Shown one piece after another: positions 10,166 to 20,000 of a stretch of DNA of 64,000 nt. The position numbers and the translations under genes are program-made. Origin of the DNA: an uncultured Bacteroidaceae bacterium (GTDB lineage Bacteria; Bacteroidota; Bacteroidia; Bacteroidales; GCA-2748055); assembly GCA_964572225.1 (NCBI GenBank), contig CAZNFR010000003.1:326-64325 (forward strand). Direction: 5' to 3'. Positions within the stretch are counted from its first letter, which is position 1. Every line of letters starts with the position of its first letter. The notes under the pieces are model-generated. The model saw only the letters and a program-made list of their open reading frames with translations, was not told where the DNA came from and searched no databases.

Positions 10166-10558
10166 CTAAAGAGCAGATTTGATTTTTTCGGCAATGGAAG
10201 CGAGCTCCTCATCGCTGAGTTTAAGCTTGGGCCTGCTGAATTCAATATCATGCAGGTTATTGATAGGTATCAGATGTAGATGAGCATGCGGAACCTCCAG
10301 TCCGAGAACAGCTACTCCTACTCTCTTGCAGTCCATCACTGAATCAATTGCCCTGGCTACCTTTCTTGCGAAAACATGCAGGCCTGACAGTAATTCATCG
10401 TCGAGATCAAAGATATAATCGATTTCCTGTTTGGGAATTACCAGAGTATGTCCCTTGGCAAGAGGATTAATATCCAGGAAAGCTAGGTATTTTTCATTCT
10501 CTGCAATTACATGAGCAGGGATTTCCTTGTTTACGATTTTGGTAAAAATGGATGCCAT
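10166..10558 (-). CDS. HIT family protein (histidine triad hydrolase)
   Basis: The track ORF extends to 10630, but the ATG at 10556-10558 gives MASIFTKIVNKEIPAHVIAENEKYLAFLDINP...HAHLHLIP, a typical HIT N-terminus and HxHxHxx triad. Confidence 0.9.
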   Translation of the reverse strand: MASIFTKIVNKEIPAHVIAENEKYLAFLDINPLAKGHTLVIPKQEIDYIFDLDDELLSGLHVFARKVARAIDSVMDCKRVGVAVLGLEVPHAHLHLIPINNLHDIEFSRPKLKLSDEELASIAEKIKSAL

Positions 10559-10562
10559 ATGC

Positions 10563-11036
10563 TTATTTTGAAATGTTAACGATCTCGTATTCAACATTCC
10601 CTGAAGGAATCTTAACGTTAACCACGTCACCTACCTTTTTACCCATCAAACCCTTTGCAATAGGTGTGTTTACCGAGATCTTTCCCGCCCTCAGATCGGC
10701 CTCCGATTCAGAGACTATGGTATATTCCACCACACTACTGTTTGACTTATTCAGTATTTTCACCCTGTTAAGGATCTGAACGGTAGAAATATCAATTCTG
10801 GACTCATCAATTATCCGGGCATTTGCTACCTGATCTTCCAGTTTGGAAATTTTTAATTCAAGAATTCCCTGGGCCTCTTTGGCTGCATCATATTCAGCGT
10901 TTTCAGAAAGGTCACCTTTGTCTCTGGCCTCTGCAATCTGCCTTGATATTTCCGGTCTTTCAATGGTTTTTAACCTTTCCAATTCTGATTTTAACTTATT
11001 CAGACCTTCCTGTGTCATGTAAACCTGCTTTGCCAT
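10563..11036 (-). CDS. greA: Transcription elongation factor GreA
   Basis: 157 aa: MTQEGLNKLKSELERLK...ISRQIAEARDKGDLSENAEYDAAKEAQ, then a C-terminal globular domain. Confidence 0.95.
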   Translation of the reverse strand: MAKQVYMTQEGLNKLKSELERLKTIERPEISRQIAEARDKGDLSENAEYDAAKEAQGILELKISKLEDQVANARIIDESRIDISTVQILNRVKILNKSNSSVVEYTIVSESEADLRAGKISVNTPIAKGLMGKKVGDVVNVKIPSGNVEYEIVNISK

Positions 11037-11057
11037 GGTTTTTTGCTTAAAGTGAGA

Positions 11058-11096
11058 TAAAATAAAAAAGAGACCAGGGATCTTCCTGAACTCTTT
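11058..11096 (-). terminator. Candidate rho-independent terminator (minus strand) after the 11181-11690 gene
   Basis: The minus strand reads GAAAGAGttCAGGaagatCCCTGgtCTCTTTTTTATTTT, a stem AAAGAG/CTCTTT with an inner CAGG/CCTG stem and a T-rich tail. Confidence 0.45.
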
Positions 11097-11180
11097 CGGG
11101 GGTAAAATTAGGTAAATTTTTCCTTTTTCTAAAGAAATTTAATATCTAATTAAGACAATACTAAGATGAAATCGGCTAAA

Positions 11181-11690
11181 TCAGAAATACTTAGGATTAA
11201 TAAGCTCACTATATATAACCGCTTTGCGTGCATCAAAATCTTTTCTGAATTCGTCGACAAATGCATTGGATTTTTTATATCCGACTGCCTTAGGGGTTTT
11301 AATCGAATGCATTATCCTCTGATACTGGTCCTCTATTCTCTCAGGGTAAGATTCTGCCCTGGGAGAGCCAGGAACTTCATCCAACCGGCTTACCGGCTTA
11401 TCGAGAGTAGAATATGGCGTATCGAGGGTGGAGCCTGACATGGATTCGACCGAGTGTTCAGACTCATCAAGAATATCAACGGAGGATTCAATATCATCCA
11501 AATTCCGGTCAACATCTTCAAAAAGCGAATTAAAATTATCTGAGAAAGTCCGTCCTTTGGCCTGCATTTCCTCTTCAGATGACGGCACAGGCTGGGTTTG
11601 AGCCGGTCTTTTCTTCTTACCAAGGGCACCTACGGCAATGAAAATGATGGTAAATATTAAATAAATGAGGGTATCAAAATCAATTTCCAT
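11181..11690 (-). CDS. Hypothetical membrane-anchored acidic protein
   Basis: The start was moved to the ATG at 11690, giving MEIDFDTLIYLIFTIIFIAVGALGKKKRP (one N-terminal TM helix). This is followed by a D/E/S-rich, probably disordered region and a basic C-terminal segment. I do not recognise the family. Confidence 0.5.
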   Translation of the reverse strand: MEIDFDTLIYLIFTIIFIAVGALGKKKRPAQTQPVPSSEEEMQAKGRTFSDNFNSLFEDVDRNLDDIESSVDILDESEHSVESMSGSTLDTPYSTLDKPVSRLDEVPGSPRAESYPERIEDQYQRIMHSIKTPKAVGYKKSNAFVDEFRKDFDARKAVIYSELINPKYF

Positions 11691-11781
11691 TGTACATTTG
11701 CGTTTTAGTATACTATGCAGGCGGAAAAATCGTTCATTTAATTTCCGCAGGTTATAAAAATACAAAATTTAAATCAGCAGA

Positions 11782-12234
11782 GTGATTTGTGCATTAAAAA
11801 ATCATCACTTGATAAGGATAACATTGGTAATTGGTTTTTTGTTGCTTAGTTCATCCAATTGCGACCGTGAGAAATTTGACTTTCCTTACGTCCCCATCAA
11901 TTTAAGTCTGGACCTCACGGCCGATCTGGGACTTATCGGCGTCGGAGAAACCTACACGGATGAGTTTCTAGGAAATTACGGTGTTGGGGGATTGATAATT
12001 TACCGTGCCGACCTTTATGATTACCGGGTATATGATCTCACCTGCACCTATGAACCCGATTACAGTTGTACTACTCAGGAGGATGACAGTTTCGACGGGG
12101 TCACGGAATGCCCCTGTTGCGGTTCAAGATATCTGATCATCCAGGGTTCAGATGTGCTGGAAGGTCCTGCCGTCTACCCCCTTGTAGAGTACAATGCGGT
12201 AATTGACGGGGGTTTTCTGCGCATTGTGAATTAA
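11782..12234 (+). CDS. Lipoprotein with a Rieske-like C-terminal domain that lacks the His ligands
   Basis: GTG start. The lipobox is LLSSSNC. The C-terminus LTCTYEPDYSC...ECPCCGSRYLI..G.VLEGPAVYPLVEY resembles Rieske boxes CxHxGC / CPCHGS, with H replaced by Y and by C. Confidence 0.55.
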   Translation: MICALKNHHLIRITLVIGFLLLSSSNCDREKFDFPYVPINLSLDLTADLGLIGVGETYTDEFLGNYGVGGLIIYRADLYDYRVYDLTCTYEPDYSCTTQEDDSFDGVTECPCCGSRYLIIQGSDVLEGPAVYPLVEYNAVIDGGFLRIVN

Positions 12235-12395
12235 TCCAACCCTTCTTTCTGTCCCATATTCCTGTATAGATGGTAAGCACAATCGGGTCCGATCAGTTTT
12301 TTTGCTCCGGAAGGAGGAAGTTTGATCTTACCCCGGAGTATAAGATTTCGATATTTATACTTCAGCCTGAGATCATTGAAATCTTCTCTTTCCAT
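12231..12395 (-). CDS. Possible small protein (54 aa), below the ORF-track length cutoff
   Basis: Manual translation gives MEREDFNDLRLKYKYRNLILRGKIKLPPSGAKKLIGPDCAYHLYRNMGQKEGLD. The ATG at 12395 is 27 nt downstream of the ahcY stop on the same strand. No family recognised. Confidence 0.3.
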   Translation of the reverse strand: MEREDFNDLRLKYKYRNLILRGKIKLPPSGAKKLIGPDCAYHLYRNMGQKEGLD

Positions 12396-12421
12396 TTTTT
12401 TTAAAAATCTTGAACCAGGGA

Positions 12422-13846
12422 TTAATACCGGTAATGATCGGGCTTAAAGGGTCCTTCTTTCGGCACACCCAGATAATCGGCCTGTTCATCGGTAAGGGTG
12501 GTCAGTTTAACTCCCAGTTGCCTGAGGTGAAGTCTGGCCACTTCCTCGTCCAGCTTTTTAGGTAAGCGATAAACATCGATATCATAATCATGTTGCCATA
12601 GATCGATCTGAGCAAGGGTTTGATTAGTAAATGAATTGCTCATTACAAAGGAAGGATGTCCTGTGGCACAGCCAAGATTTACCAGCCGCCCTTCGGCCAA
12701 CAGATAGATGGCATTTCCATTAGGGAAAAGGTATTTATCCACCTGGGGCTTAATGTTGATCCTTTCAATTTCAGCAGATTCATTCAGGGCATCCACCTGG
12801 ATCTCATTATCAAAGTGTCCGATGTTACATACGATGGCCTGATCTTTCATCTGCTTCATATGGTCCAGGGTGATCACATCACGGTTACCCGTGGCGGTCA
12901 CAAAAATATTCCCTTCCCGCAGGGCATCTTCAGTTGTGGTAACCTCAAAGCCTTCCATGGAAGCCTGAAGGGCGCAGATGGGATCAATTTCAGTAACAAG
13001 TACCCTGGCACCATAAGACCTCATGGAGTGGGCACAGCCCTTGCCAACATCCCCATAACCCAACACTACTACAACCTTCCCTGCAATCATCACATCGGTA
13101 GCCCGTTTAATTCCGTCGGCCAGGGATTCCCTGCACCCGTAAAGATTATCAAATTTCGACTTGGTAACGGAATCGTTAACATTAATAGCCGGGAAAAGCA
13201 GAGTACCTTTTTCTTTCATCTGGTAAAGACGGTGTACCCCCGTGGTGGTTTCTTCAGAAACACCCTTAATTTCGGGTACGATCCTTTGCCAGCGGGTGGG
13301 ATCTTCCTTCAGAATAGCTTTGAGCTGATTAAGAATTACGCCTTCCTCTCGGTTGCCGGGTTTCCTGTCGAGCAGAGTGGGATCTTTCTCAGCCTGAAAA
13401 CCCTGGTGGATCATCAAAGTGGCATCCCCACCATCGTCTACCAGGATATTAGGACCTTTTCCCCCTTCAAAATTAAGCGCCTGTGCAGTACACCACCAAT
13501 ATTCTTCCAAAGTCTCACCTTTCCACGCAAATACAGGAATACCCGCTGCAGCGATGGCTGCTGCTGCATGATCCTGGGTAGAAAATATATTGCAGCTTGC
13601 CCATCGTACTTCTGCACCCAGGGCAGTAAGCGTTTCGATAAGCACCGCTGTTTGAACGGTCATATGCAGTGAACCGGTAATTCTGGCTCCTTTCAGAGGT
13701 TGTTCTGTGGCATACTTTTTCCGTATGGTCATCAGCCCCGGCATTTCCTTTTCCGCTATTTCAATCTCCTTCCTCCCAAACTCAGCAAGGCTCAGGTCCT
13801 TAACTTTATAAGGGAGACTTTCCACCTTTGTTGTCAGATTTTCCAT
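12422..13846 (-). CDS. ahcY: Adenosylhomocysteinase
   Basis: A start at the ATG at 13846 gives [39 protein letters not shown]. The NAD-binding segment is [14 protein letters not shown] and the C-terminus is KPDHYRY. The start lies 2 nt after the ribF stop. Confidence 0.95.
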   Translation of the reverse strand: MENLTTKVESLPYKVKDLSLAEFGRKEIEIAEKEMPGLMTIRKKYATEQPLKGARITGSLHMTVQTAVLIETLTALGAEVRWASCNIFSTQDHAAAAIAAAGIPVFAWKGETLEEYWWCTAQALNFEGGKGPNILVDDGGDATLMIHQGFQAEKDPTLLDRKPGNREEGVILNQLKAILKEDPTRWQRIVPEIKGVSEETTTGVHRLYQMKEKGTLLFPAINVNDSVTKSKFDNLYGCRESLADGIKRATDVMIAGKVVVVLGYGDVGKGCAHSMRSYGARVLVTEIDPICALQASMEGFEVTTTEDALREGNIFVTATGNRDVITLDHMKQMKDQAIVCNIGHFDNEIQVDALNESAEIERINIKPQVDKYLFPNGNAIYLLAEGRLVNLGCATGHPSFVMSNSFTNQTLAQIDLWQHDYDIDVYRLPKKLDEEVARLHLRQLGVKLTTLTDEQADYLGVPKEGPFKPDHYRY

Positions 13847-13847
13847 T

Positions 13848-14801
13848 TTATATAATCTCTTTTTTAAAAATTTCTGCAAATATACGAACTGTCTCTGCTT
13901 TATCAATTTCCAACTGGTCTTTTAACTCCTTTATGGATCCAAATTTCTTTTCCTCCCTCATTTTAAAATAAAACCTGACATTCACTCTCTTACCATAGAG
14001 GTCCCCTTCAAAATTAAACAAATGAACTTCGATGGTTCTTACCTTGCTGTCTTTCTCCAGGGTCGGCCTGAATCCAATATTAAGCATACCCCTGTGAATT
14101 TTACCCTTGTATTCGGTTTCAACACCATAAACACCGGTTGGAGGAATAATCTTATTCTCATCTTCGACTTTCACATTGGCCGTGGGAAATCCAATCTCCC
14201 TGCCTATCCGGTTTCCCTGAATTACTTCACCGGTTATAAAAAAGGGATAGCCCAGGAAGGCATTGGCTTCATCGATATTCCCCTTCTCAATGGCATCCCG
14301 TATAATTGAGGAACTAATCTGCACCGAACCAAACTCAACGGCCTCAACCCTGGATATTCTGAACCCATACAATTCGGCACATTCCTGAAGTTTTGTATAA
14401 TCACCCTCACGGCCCTTACCAAATTTATGGTCAAATCCCACAAGCAGAGAATGAATACCCAGTTTATCAACCAGATACTTCTTCACAAACTCACATGAGC
14501 CCACTTGGGAAAATTCAGTCGTAAAGGGTATCAACACGAGGTGTTCGACTTTGTGCTCCTTAAGCAATATGATTTTCTCCTCAAGGGTAGTAAGGAAACG
14601 CAGGCTCTCAGGATTCTTGTTAAGTACTTTTCTCGGATGAGGCCAAAGGGTTACCACCACGCTCTCTCCTTTGTGGGTTGCAGCATCCTGCTTTAAACTC
14701 TTCAGTAAATGCAGATGTCCGACGTGAACCCCGTCAAAGATCCCAATGGTGACCGAAGGCCTTACCGCACGAAAATTGTCTATGGATTCCCAAACCTTCA
14801 T
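13848..14801 (-). CDS. ribF: Bifunctional riboflavin kinase / FMN adenylyltransferase
   Basis: 317 aa. It has [16 protein letters not shown] (FAD synthetase) and a C-terminal riboflavin kinase region (GFPTAN...GVYGV...NIGFRPT). Confidence 0.93.
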   Translation of the reverse strand: MKVWESIDNFRAVRPSVTIGIFDGVHVGHLHLLKSLKQDAATHKGESVVVTLWPHPRKVLNKNPESLRFLTTLEEKIILLKEHKVEHLVLIPFTTEFSQVGSCEFVKKYLVDKLGIHSLLVGFDHKFGKGREGDYTKLQECAELYGFRISRVEAVEFGSVQISSSIIRDAIEKGNIDEANAFLGYPFFITGEVIQGNRIGREIGFPTANVKVEDENKIIPPTGVYGVETEYKGKIHRGMLNIGFRPTLEKDSKVRTIEVHLFNFEGDLYGKRVNVRFYFKMREEKKFGSIKELKDQLEIDKAETVRIFAEIFKKEII

Positions 14802-14982
14802 TGCTTGACCAAAATTAACAAAATTGCAGACAAGAATGTTCTAAATATAGTATAAACAGATCAGGAAAAAGGGGGAACAAAGTTTTTTTCTGATGGTTTA
14901 TTTGGTTAAATTTCACTCCTGGATCAACGTGTGTTGTATGGCTTAAACTTTGTCGGTTCAGAGTCTGTAAAATCTCGAAAAT

Positions 14983-17001
14983 GTGAAGGAAAAACCGGAA
15001 ATACTTTTGGTTGACCCCTGGCTTGAACCCTTTGGAGACATGATCCGAAGGCGCAGGGAAGCCATATTCCTGAAGGCTGAGGCATTGACCGGGGAATCTA
15101 TGGATCTTGGCAGTTTTGCCAACGGTCATCTTTACTTCGGTGCACATAAGGACGCAGGAGAGTGGATTTTCAGAGAATGGGCTCCCAATGCAACCGAATT
15201 ATATCTTACCGGAAGCTTTAACAACTGGCAAACCCTGCCTGCCTTTCGATTCAAAAGAGTGGGTAACCATAACTGGGAATTGCGGCTTCAGGAAAATGAG
15301 ATAACACATAAGGACCTGTATAAGATAAGGATACGGTGGAAGGAAGGGGAAGCAGACAGGATACCTGCCTGGGCCTTCAGGGTGGTTCAGGACCCGGTGA
15401 GCCTTATCTTTAATGCCCAGATCTGGGATCCTCCGGAATTATACTCTTGGGCAAATCCTGTTTTCGTCCCGGAAGAGGGTCCGCCTCTGATTTATGAAGC
15501 CCATGTAGGTATGGCCACCGAAGAACCCAAAGTGGGTACCTACAAGGAATTTCGTGAACGGATTCTTCCAAGGGTGAAAGATGCCGGTTACAATACCCTT
15601 CAGCTCATGGCTATCCAGGAACACCCCTATTACGGTTCCTTCGGGTATCACGTAAGCAGTTTTTTTGCACCATCCTCCCGCTTTGGCGAACCTGAAGAAT
15701 TGAAGCGGCTAATTGATGAGGCTCATGGTATGGGAATAAGGGTGATCATGGATCTGGTCCATTCGCATGCGGTGAAAAATGAACTGGAAGGCCTGGGCAA
15801 TTACGATGGAAGTGGTGACCTTTTCTTTCATAGTGGAGAGAGGAGGGAGCATGTCGCCTGGGATAGTCTTTGTTTTAACTATGGTAAAACCGGGGTAATC
15901 CATTTCCTGCTTTCCAATATCAAGTACTGGCTGGAGGAATTCCGTTTCGATGGATTCCGTTTCGATGGGATCACCAGTATGTTGTTTCTTGATCACGGAC
16001 TAAATCGCGATTTTACCAGTTATGATATGTATTTCGACGGCGGACAGGATGAAGAGGCGATTACCTACCTGGGGCTGGCCAATATGTTGCTTCATAAGGT
16101 AAATCCATCGGGACTCAGCATTGCTGAAGAAATGAGCGGTTATCCCGGTCTGGGAGCAAAGCTGGAAGATGGCGGACTCGGATTTGACTATAGGATGGCT
16201 ATGGGAACCCCCGATTACTGGATCAGGATCATCAAGGAAAAAAAGGATGAAGAATGGGATATGGAAGAGATGTTTCATGAGCTGACCCAGAAAAGGGCTG
16301 AGGAGAAAACAGTGGGATATTCCGAATCCCATGATCAGGCCCTGGTAGGGGATAAGACCATAATATTCAGACTTATCGATGCCGATATGTACTATAATAT
16401 GAATAAGGAATCGGGGAACCTGAACGTGGACCGGGGAATCGCACTGCACAAAATGATCCGACTCATCACGGCATCAACATCGGGGGATGCTTATCTGAAT
16501 TTTATGGGTAATGAATTTGGACACCCGGAATGGATCGACTTTCCCCGGGAAGGAAATAACTGGTCATATCAGTATTCGCGAAGACAATGGAGCCTGGTCG
16601 ATAATAAGGACCTGAAATATCATTTTCTGGGCGATTTCGACCGGGAAATGCTGAGAATACTTTCAGAAAGCCGCCTTCTGAGTGAACCAATGGTTGAAAG
16701 GATGCATATAAACAATCATGATAAAGTTCTGGCATATAAAAGAAAGGACCTTCTTTTCATTTTTAATTTTCATCCTGGCCGTTCCTATGAAGGTTATGGT
16801 GTACCTTGCCACCCGGGCTCCTATAATCCGGTGCTTTCGACCGACACTGCTACTTTTGGGGGATACGAAAGAATTAGAGAAAATGCAAAATACTTCTCGG
16901 TTCCGGAAAAAACTTTCTCTCCCCTTCATATGCTGAAGATCTACCTTCCCAGCAGAACCGCTGTGGTGTTAAGACACATTCCCAGTAAGAGGGTTTATTA
17001 G
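14983..17001 (+). CDS. glgB: 1,4-alpha-glucan branching enzyme, eukaryote-like GH13 type
   Basis: 672 aa with a GTG start. GH13 catalytic regions are present (VIMDLVHSH, GFRFDGITSM, IAEEMSGYPG, YSESHDQ). The N-terminus DPWLEPF...EWAPNA...GSFNNW resembles eukaryotic-type branching enzymes. Confidence 0.9.
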   Translation: MKEKPEILLVDPWLEPFGDMIRRRREAIFLKAEALTGESMDLGSFANGHLYFGAHKDAGEWIFREWAPNATELYLTGSFNNWQTLPAFRFKRVGNHNWELRLQENEITHKDLYKIRIRWKEGEADRIPAWAFRVVQDPVSLIFNAQIWDPPELYSWANPVFVPEEGPPLIYEAHVGMATEEPKVGTYKEFRERILPRVKDAGYNTLQLMAIQEHPYYGSFGYHVSSFFAPSSRFGEPEELKRLIDEAHGMGIRVIMDLVHSHAVKNELEGLGNYDGSGDLFFHSGERREHVAWDSLCFNYGKTGVIHFLLSNIKYWLEEFRFDGFRFDGITSMLFLDHGLNRDFTSYDMYFDGGQDEEAITYLGLANMLLHKVNPSGLSIAEEMSGYPGLGAKLEDGGLGFDYRMAMGTPDYWIRIIKEKKDEEWDMEEMFHELTQKRAEEKTVGYSESHDQALVGDKTIIFRLIDADMYYNMNKESGNLNVDRGIALHKMIRLITASTSGDAYLNFMGNEFGHPEWIDFPREGNNWSYQYSRRQWSLVDNKDLKYHFLGDFDREMLRILSESRLLSEPMVERMHINNHDKVLAYKRKDLLFIFNFHPGRSYEGYGVPCHPGSYNPVLSTDTATFGGYERIRENAKYFSVPEKTFSPLHMLKIYLPSRTAVVLRHIPSKRVY

Positions 17002-17074
17002 AGAAAAGAGGCATTTTTAGTTCGGGTTAGAATTGATCCTGCCTCCTTGTGGAAGCAGAATCAATACCCTATGG

Positions 17075-20000
17075 TCAAATCCATCTTACCAGACTAAAAT
17101 CCTGTCTGTGTGCAAGCATGGGATTTCTTGGAGAGATCCGGATACCGTAATCATAGATCCCGGGTTGGGTCGGGGTCATGTCCAGTTTATAAAAAACCTT
17201 GGATCCGGCAGTTTTAACTTGCTGGTATTCCTGAACATCGATAAGGTTGATGTTATGACCATCATCGGACATATCCCCAATGATGAACTCCACTCCAATC
17301 TCCTCTGGAGAAAGGGTTTTCAGATCCAAAACTACTTCACTTATGTAGGACTTTCCAATTTCGATGGAAGATTTATCAATCTCCGGGTTTTTCATTTCAA
17401 TGATCTCAATTTGTTCCCATACATTGAGAACTTTCCGTTTCCAGGAAGCAAGAGACCTGACTTTTTCGAACTCATTTTCCCGCAGCATGAGTGTGCGTTC
17501 ATAAAGAGGTTGGTAATATCTGTCAATATAGTCACGCAGCATGCGATTCATCGTAAACTCCGGAGCAACCCTGGCAATGGAATTCTGGATCATGTCCACC
17601 CAACCTGTGGGTACACCTCTTTCGTTCCGCTTGTAATAAAGAGGGGCAATTTCATTTTCGATAAGACTATATATGGTTTCCGCATCTAACTGATCCTGGA
17701 AATCCTGATTATCGTAAGCCTTTTCTTCCTGAAGGGCCCATCCTGAATCGGAACGGTATCCTTCAGCCCACCATCCATCCAACACACTGAAATGCAATCC
17801 TCCGTTCATCACTACTTTCATTCCGCTCGTACCCGAAGCTTCTAGAGGCCGGGTGGGCGTATTGAGCCAGATATCGACTCCTCTGACCAGTTTTCTGGCA
17901 AGCGGGATCTCATAATTCTCCAGGAAAATGATCTTTCCCAGGAAGCGCTCCTGCCGCGATATCTCCACGATGAACTTGATGAGGTCCTGTCCGGCCTTAT
18001 CTCTTGGGTGTGCCTTTCCAGCGAAAATAAATTGTACCGGCATAAAGGGATTATTAACGATGGAAGCAAGCCGGTCCTGGTCCCTGAAAAGCAGGTGCGC
18101 CCTTTTGTAGGTAGCAAACCTGCGTGCAAACCCAATGGTAAGAGTGGCGGGATTCAGTTTTTCCTGGATCTCCACCATTAATTTGGGATTCTGATGGCTT
18201 CTCCTGGAAGAATCCATCAGTCGCTTTTTAAGGTAATTGATCAGATCTTTTCTTTCCTCGCCCCTGATCTTCCATATTTCGGCCTGGTCAACCTGCTCTA
18301 CTTTCTCCCAGAGGGAACGATCCTGTTGCTTGGTAAAAATATCGGGATCAAGATGGGTCTCAAAAAATTTTCTCCAGCGGGAAGACACCCAGGTAGGTAA
18401 ATGAACCCCGTTGGTAACATACCCAATGGGCACTTCTTCCTTAAGATAACCCTTCCACATATCGGCAAACATACCCCTGCTCACCTCCCCATGCAACCTG
18501 CTGACGCCATTTATTTCCTGGGAAAGGTTTACGGCCAGACAACTCATGGAAAACTTCTCATCCCGTCTGTCGGTATGCATCTTTCCAAGACCCATAAGTT
18601 GTTCCCAGGAAATTTTTAATCGATTGGGATAATGAGACATATACGCCCTCATCATATTTTCGTCAAAATAATCATGTCCGGCCGGTACCGGTGTGTGTGT
18701 GGTAAACAGATTGGAAGACCTCACCACCTCGAGTGCTTCGGGAAAGGTCATATTCTCCTGTTCAATATATTCTCTAAGCCTTTCAAGTCCGATAAATGCA
18801 GCATGACCCTCATTGCAATGATAAAGGTCGGGTACTATTTCCAAAGCACGAAGGGCTCTAATACCCCCGATTCCAAGCAGAAGTTCCTGCTTAAATCGAT
18901 TTTCATTGTCCCCACCGTAAAGTTGATGCGTAATGGACCTGTCCTGATCCAGATTGTCTTCAAAATCGGTATCGAGAAGGTAAAGTTTTACCCTTCCGAC
19001 ATCGACCTTCCATATTCTTGCTTTTAAATCCCTACCGGGCAGTATCATGTTGATTATGATCCATTTGCCTTCACTGTTCAAGACGGGTGAAAGTGGGAGT
19101 TTTGAATAAATCAGGGGATCGTTCACTGAAATCTGATCTCCGGAAGCAGCCAGATCCTGGCGGAAATATCCATAATGATAAAGAAGGCCTACCCCGATCA
19201 TATTGTAATTAAAATCGCTGGCCTCCTTGAGATAATCCCCGGCCAGAAGCCCAAGTCCGCCGGAATATATCTTCAATGCATCCTGTAAACCGAACTCCAT
19301 ACTGAAATAGGTCACTTTGAGACTGGAATTGGCAGCAGTTTCCATATAGGCATTGAACCGGTCCACGACCGATTTTAACCGTGCTGTAAAATTTTTGTCT
19401 TTCTCCAGCTTCAGCATCTTCTCGTAGGAGAGTCTTTCCAATACTACAATGGGATTATATTCAGACTCCTCCCAAAGCTCCGCGTCGATGGATTCAAACA
19501 GATCAATGGCGTCCTGGTTCCAGCACCACCAGAGGTTCTTGCTTAAGGACTCCAGTCCTTTCAGTTTTTCTGGAATGTTCTGCTGAATAACCACTTTGCT
19601 CCAGGAGGGCGTCTGTCCCAATGCAACTTCAACTTTGGGTAATTGTTCCACTCTCTCAGTCTCCACAAAGGTATCCACCCTTTGTTCCACCTTGGAAAGG
19701 GCCACAGAATAAGCCTCACGATAATGTTCTATCAGGTTTTCCCACAGCGCGGTCCTGGAGATCTCAAATGCTTTTTTTCTTGATTCGCGGGTTTCCTGCT
19801 CATCAAGATTGTTCATCACCTGAATCGAACTGGCAATATTTTCGGTCACCTCCTCATCATTTTCATCATCTCTGTGGATTACAAAAATTCCTTTACCAGG
19901 CTCCTTAAATTCATCGTTCACCCAGAGTCCGAATCCGGCAAGGGTGGTGGTTACTGTGGGAATATGAAAGGCAAGGCTTTCCAGGGGAGTATAGCCCCAG

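Noticed and set aside
12656-13672. A 338-aa plus-strand ORF.
   Set aside because: It is entirely antisense to adenosylhomocysteinase, whose identity is unambiguous. Long shadow ORFs opposite highly conserved genes are common artefacts.
17033-17689. A 218-aa plus-strand ORF, together with several other ORFs of 60-165 aa between 17800 and 21300.
   Set aside because: All are antisense to, or out of frame within, the uninterrupted 1421-codon synthase-phosphorylase gene.
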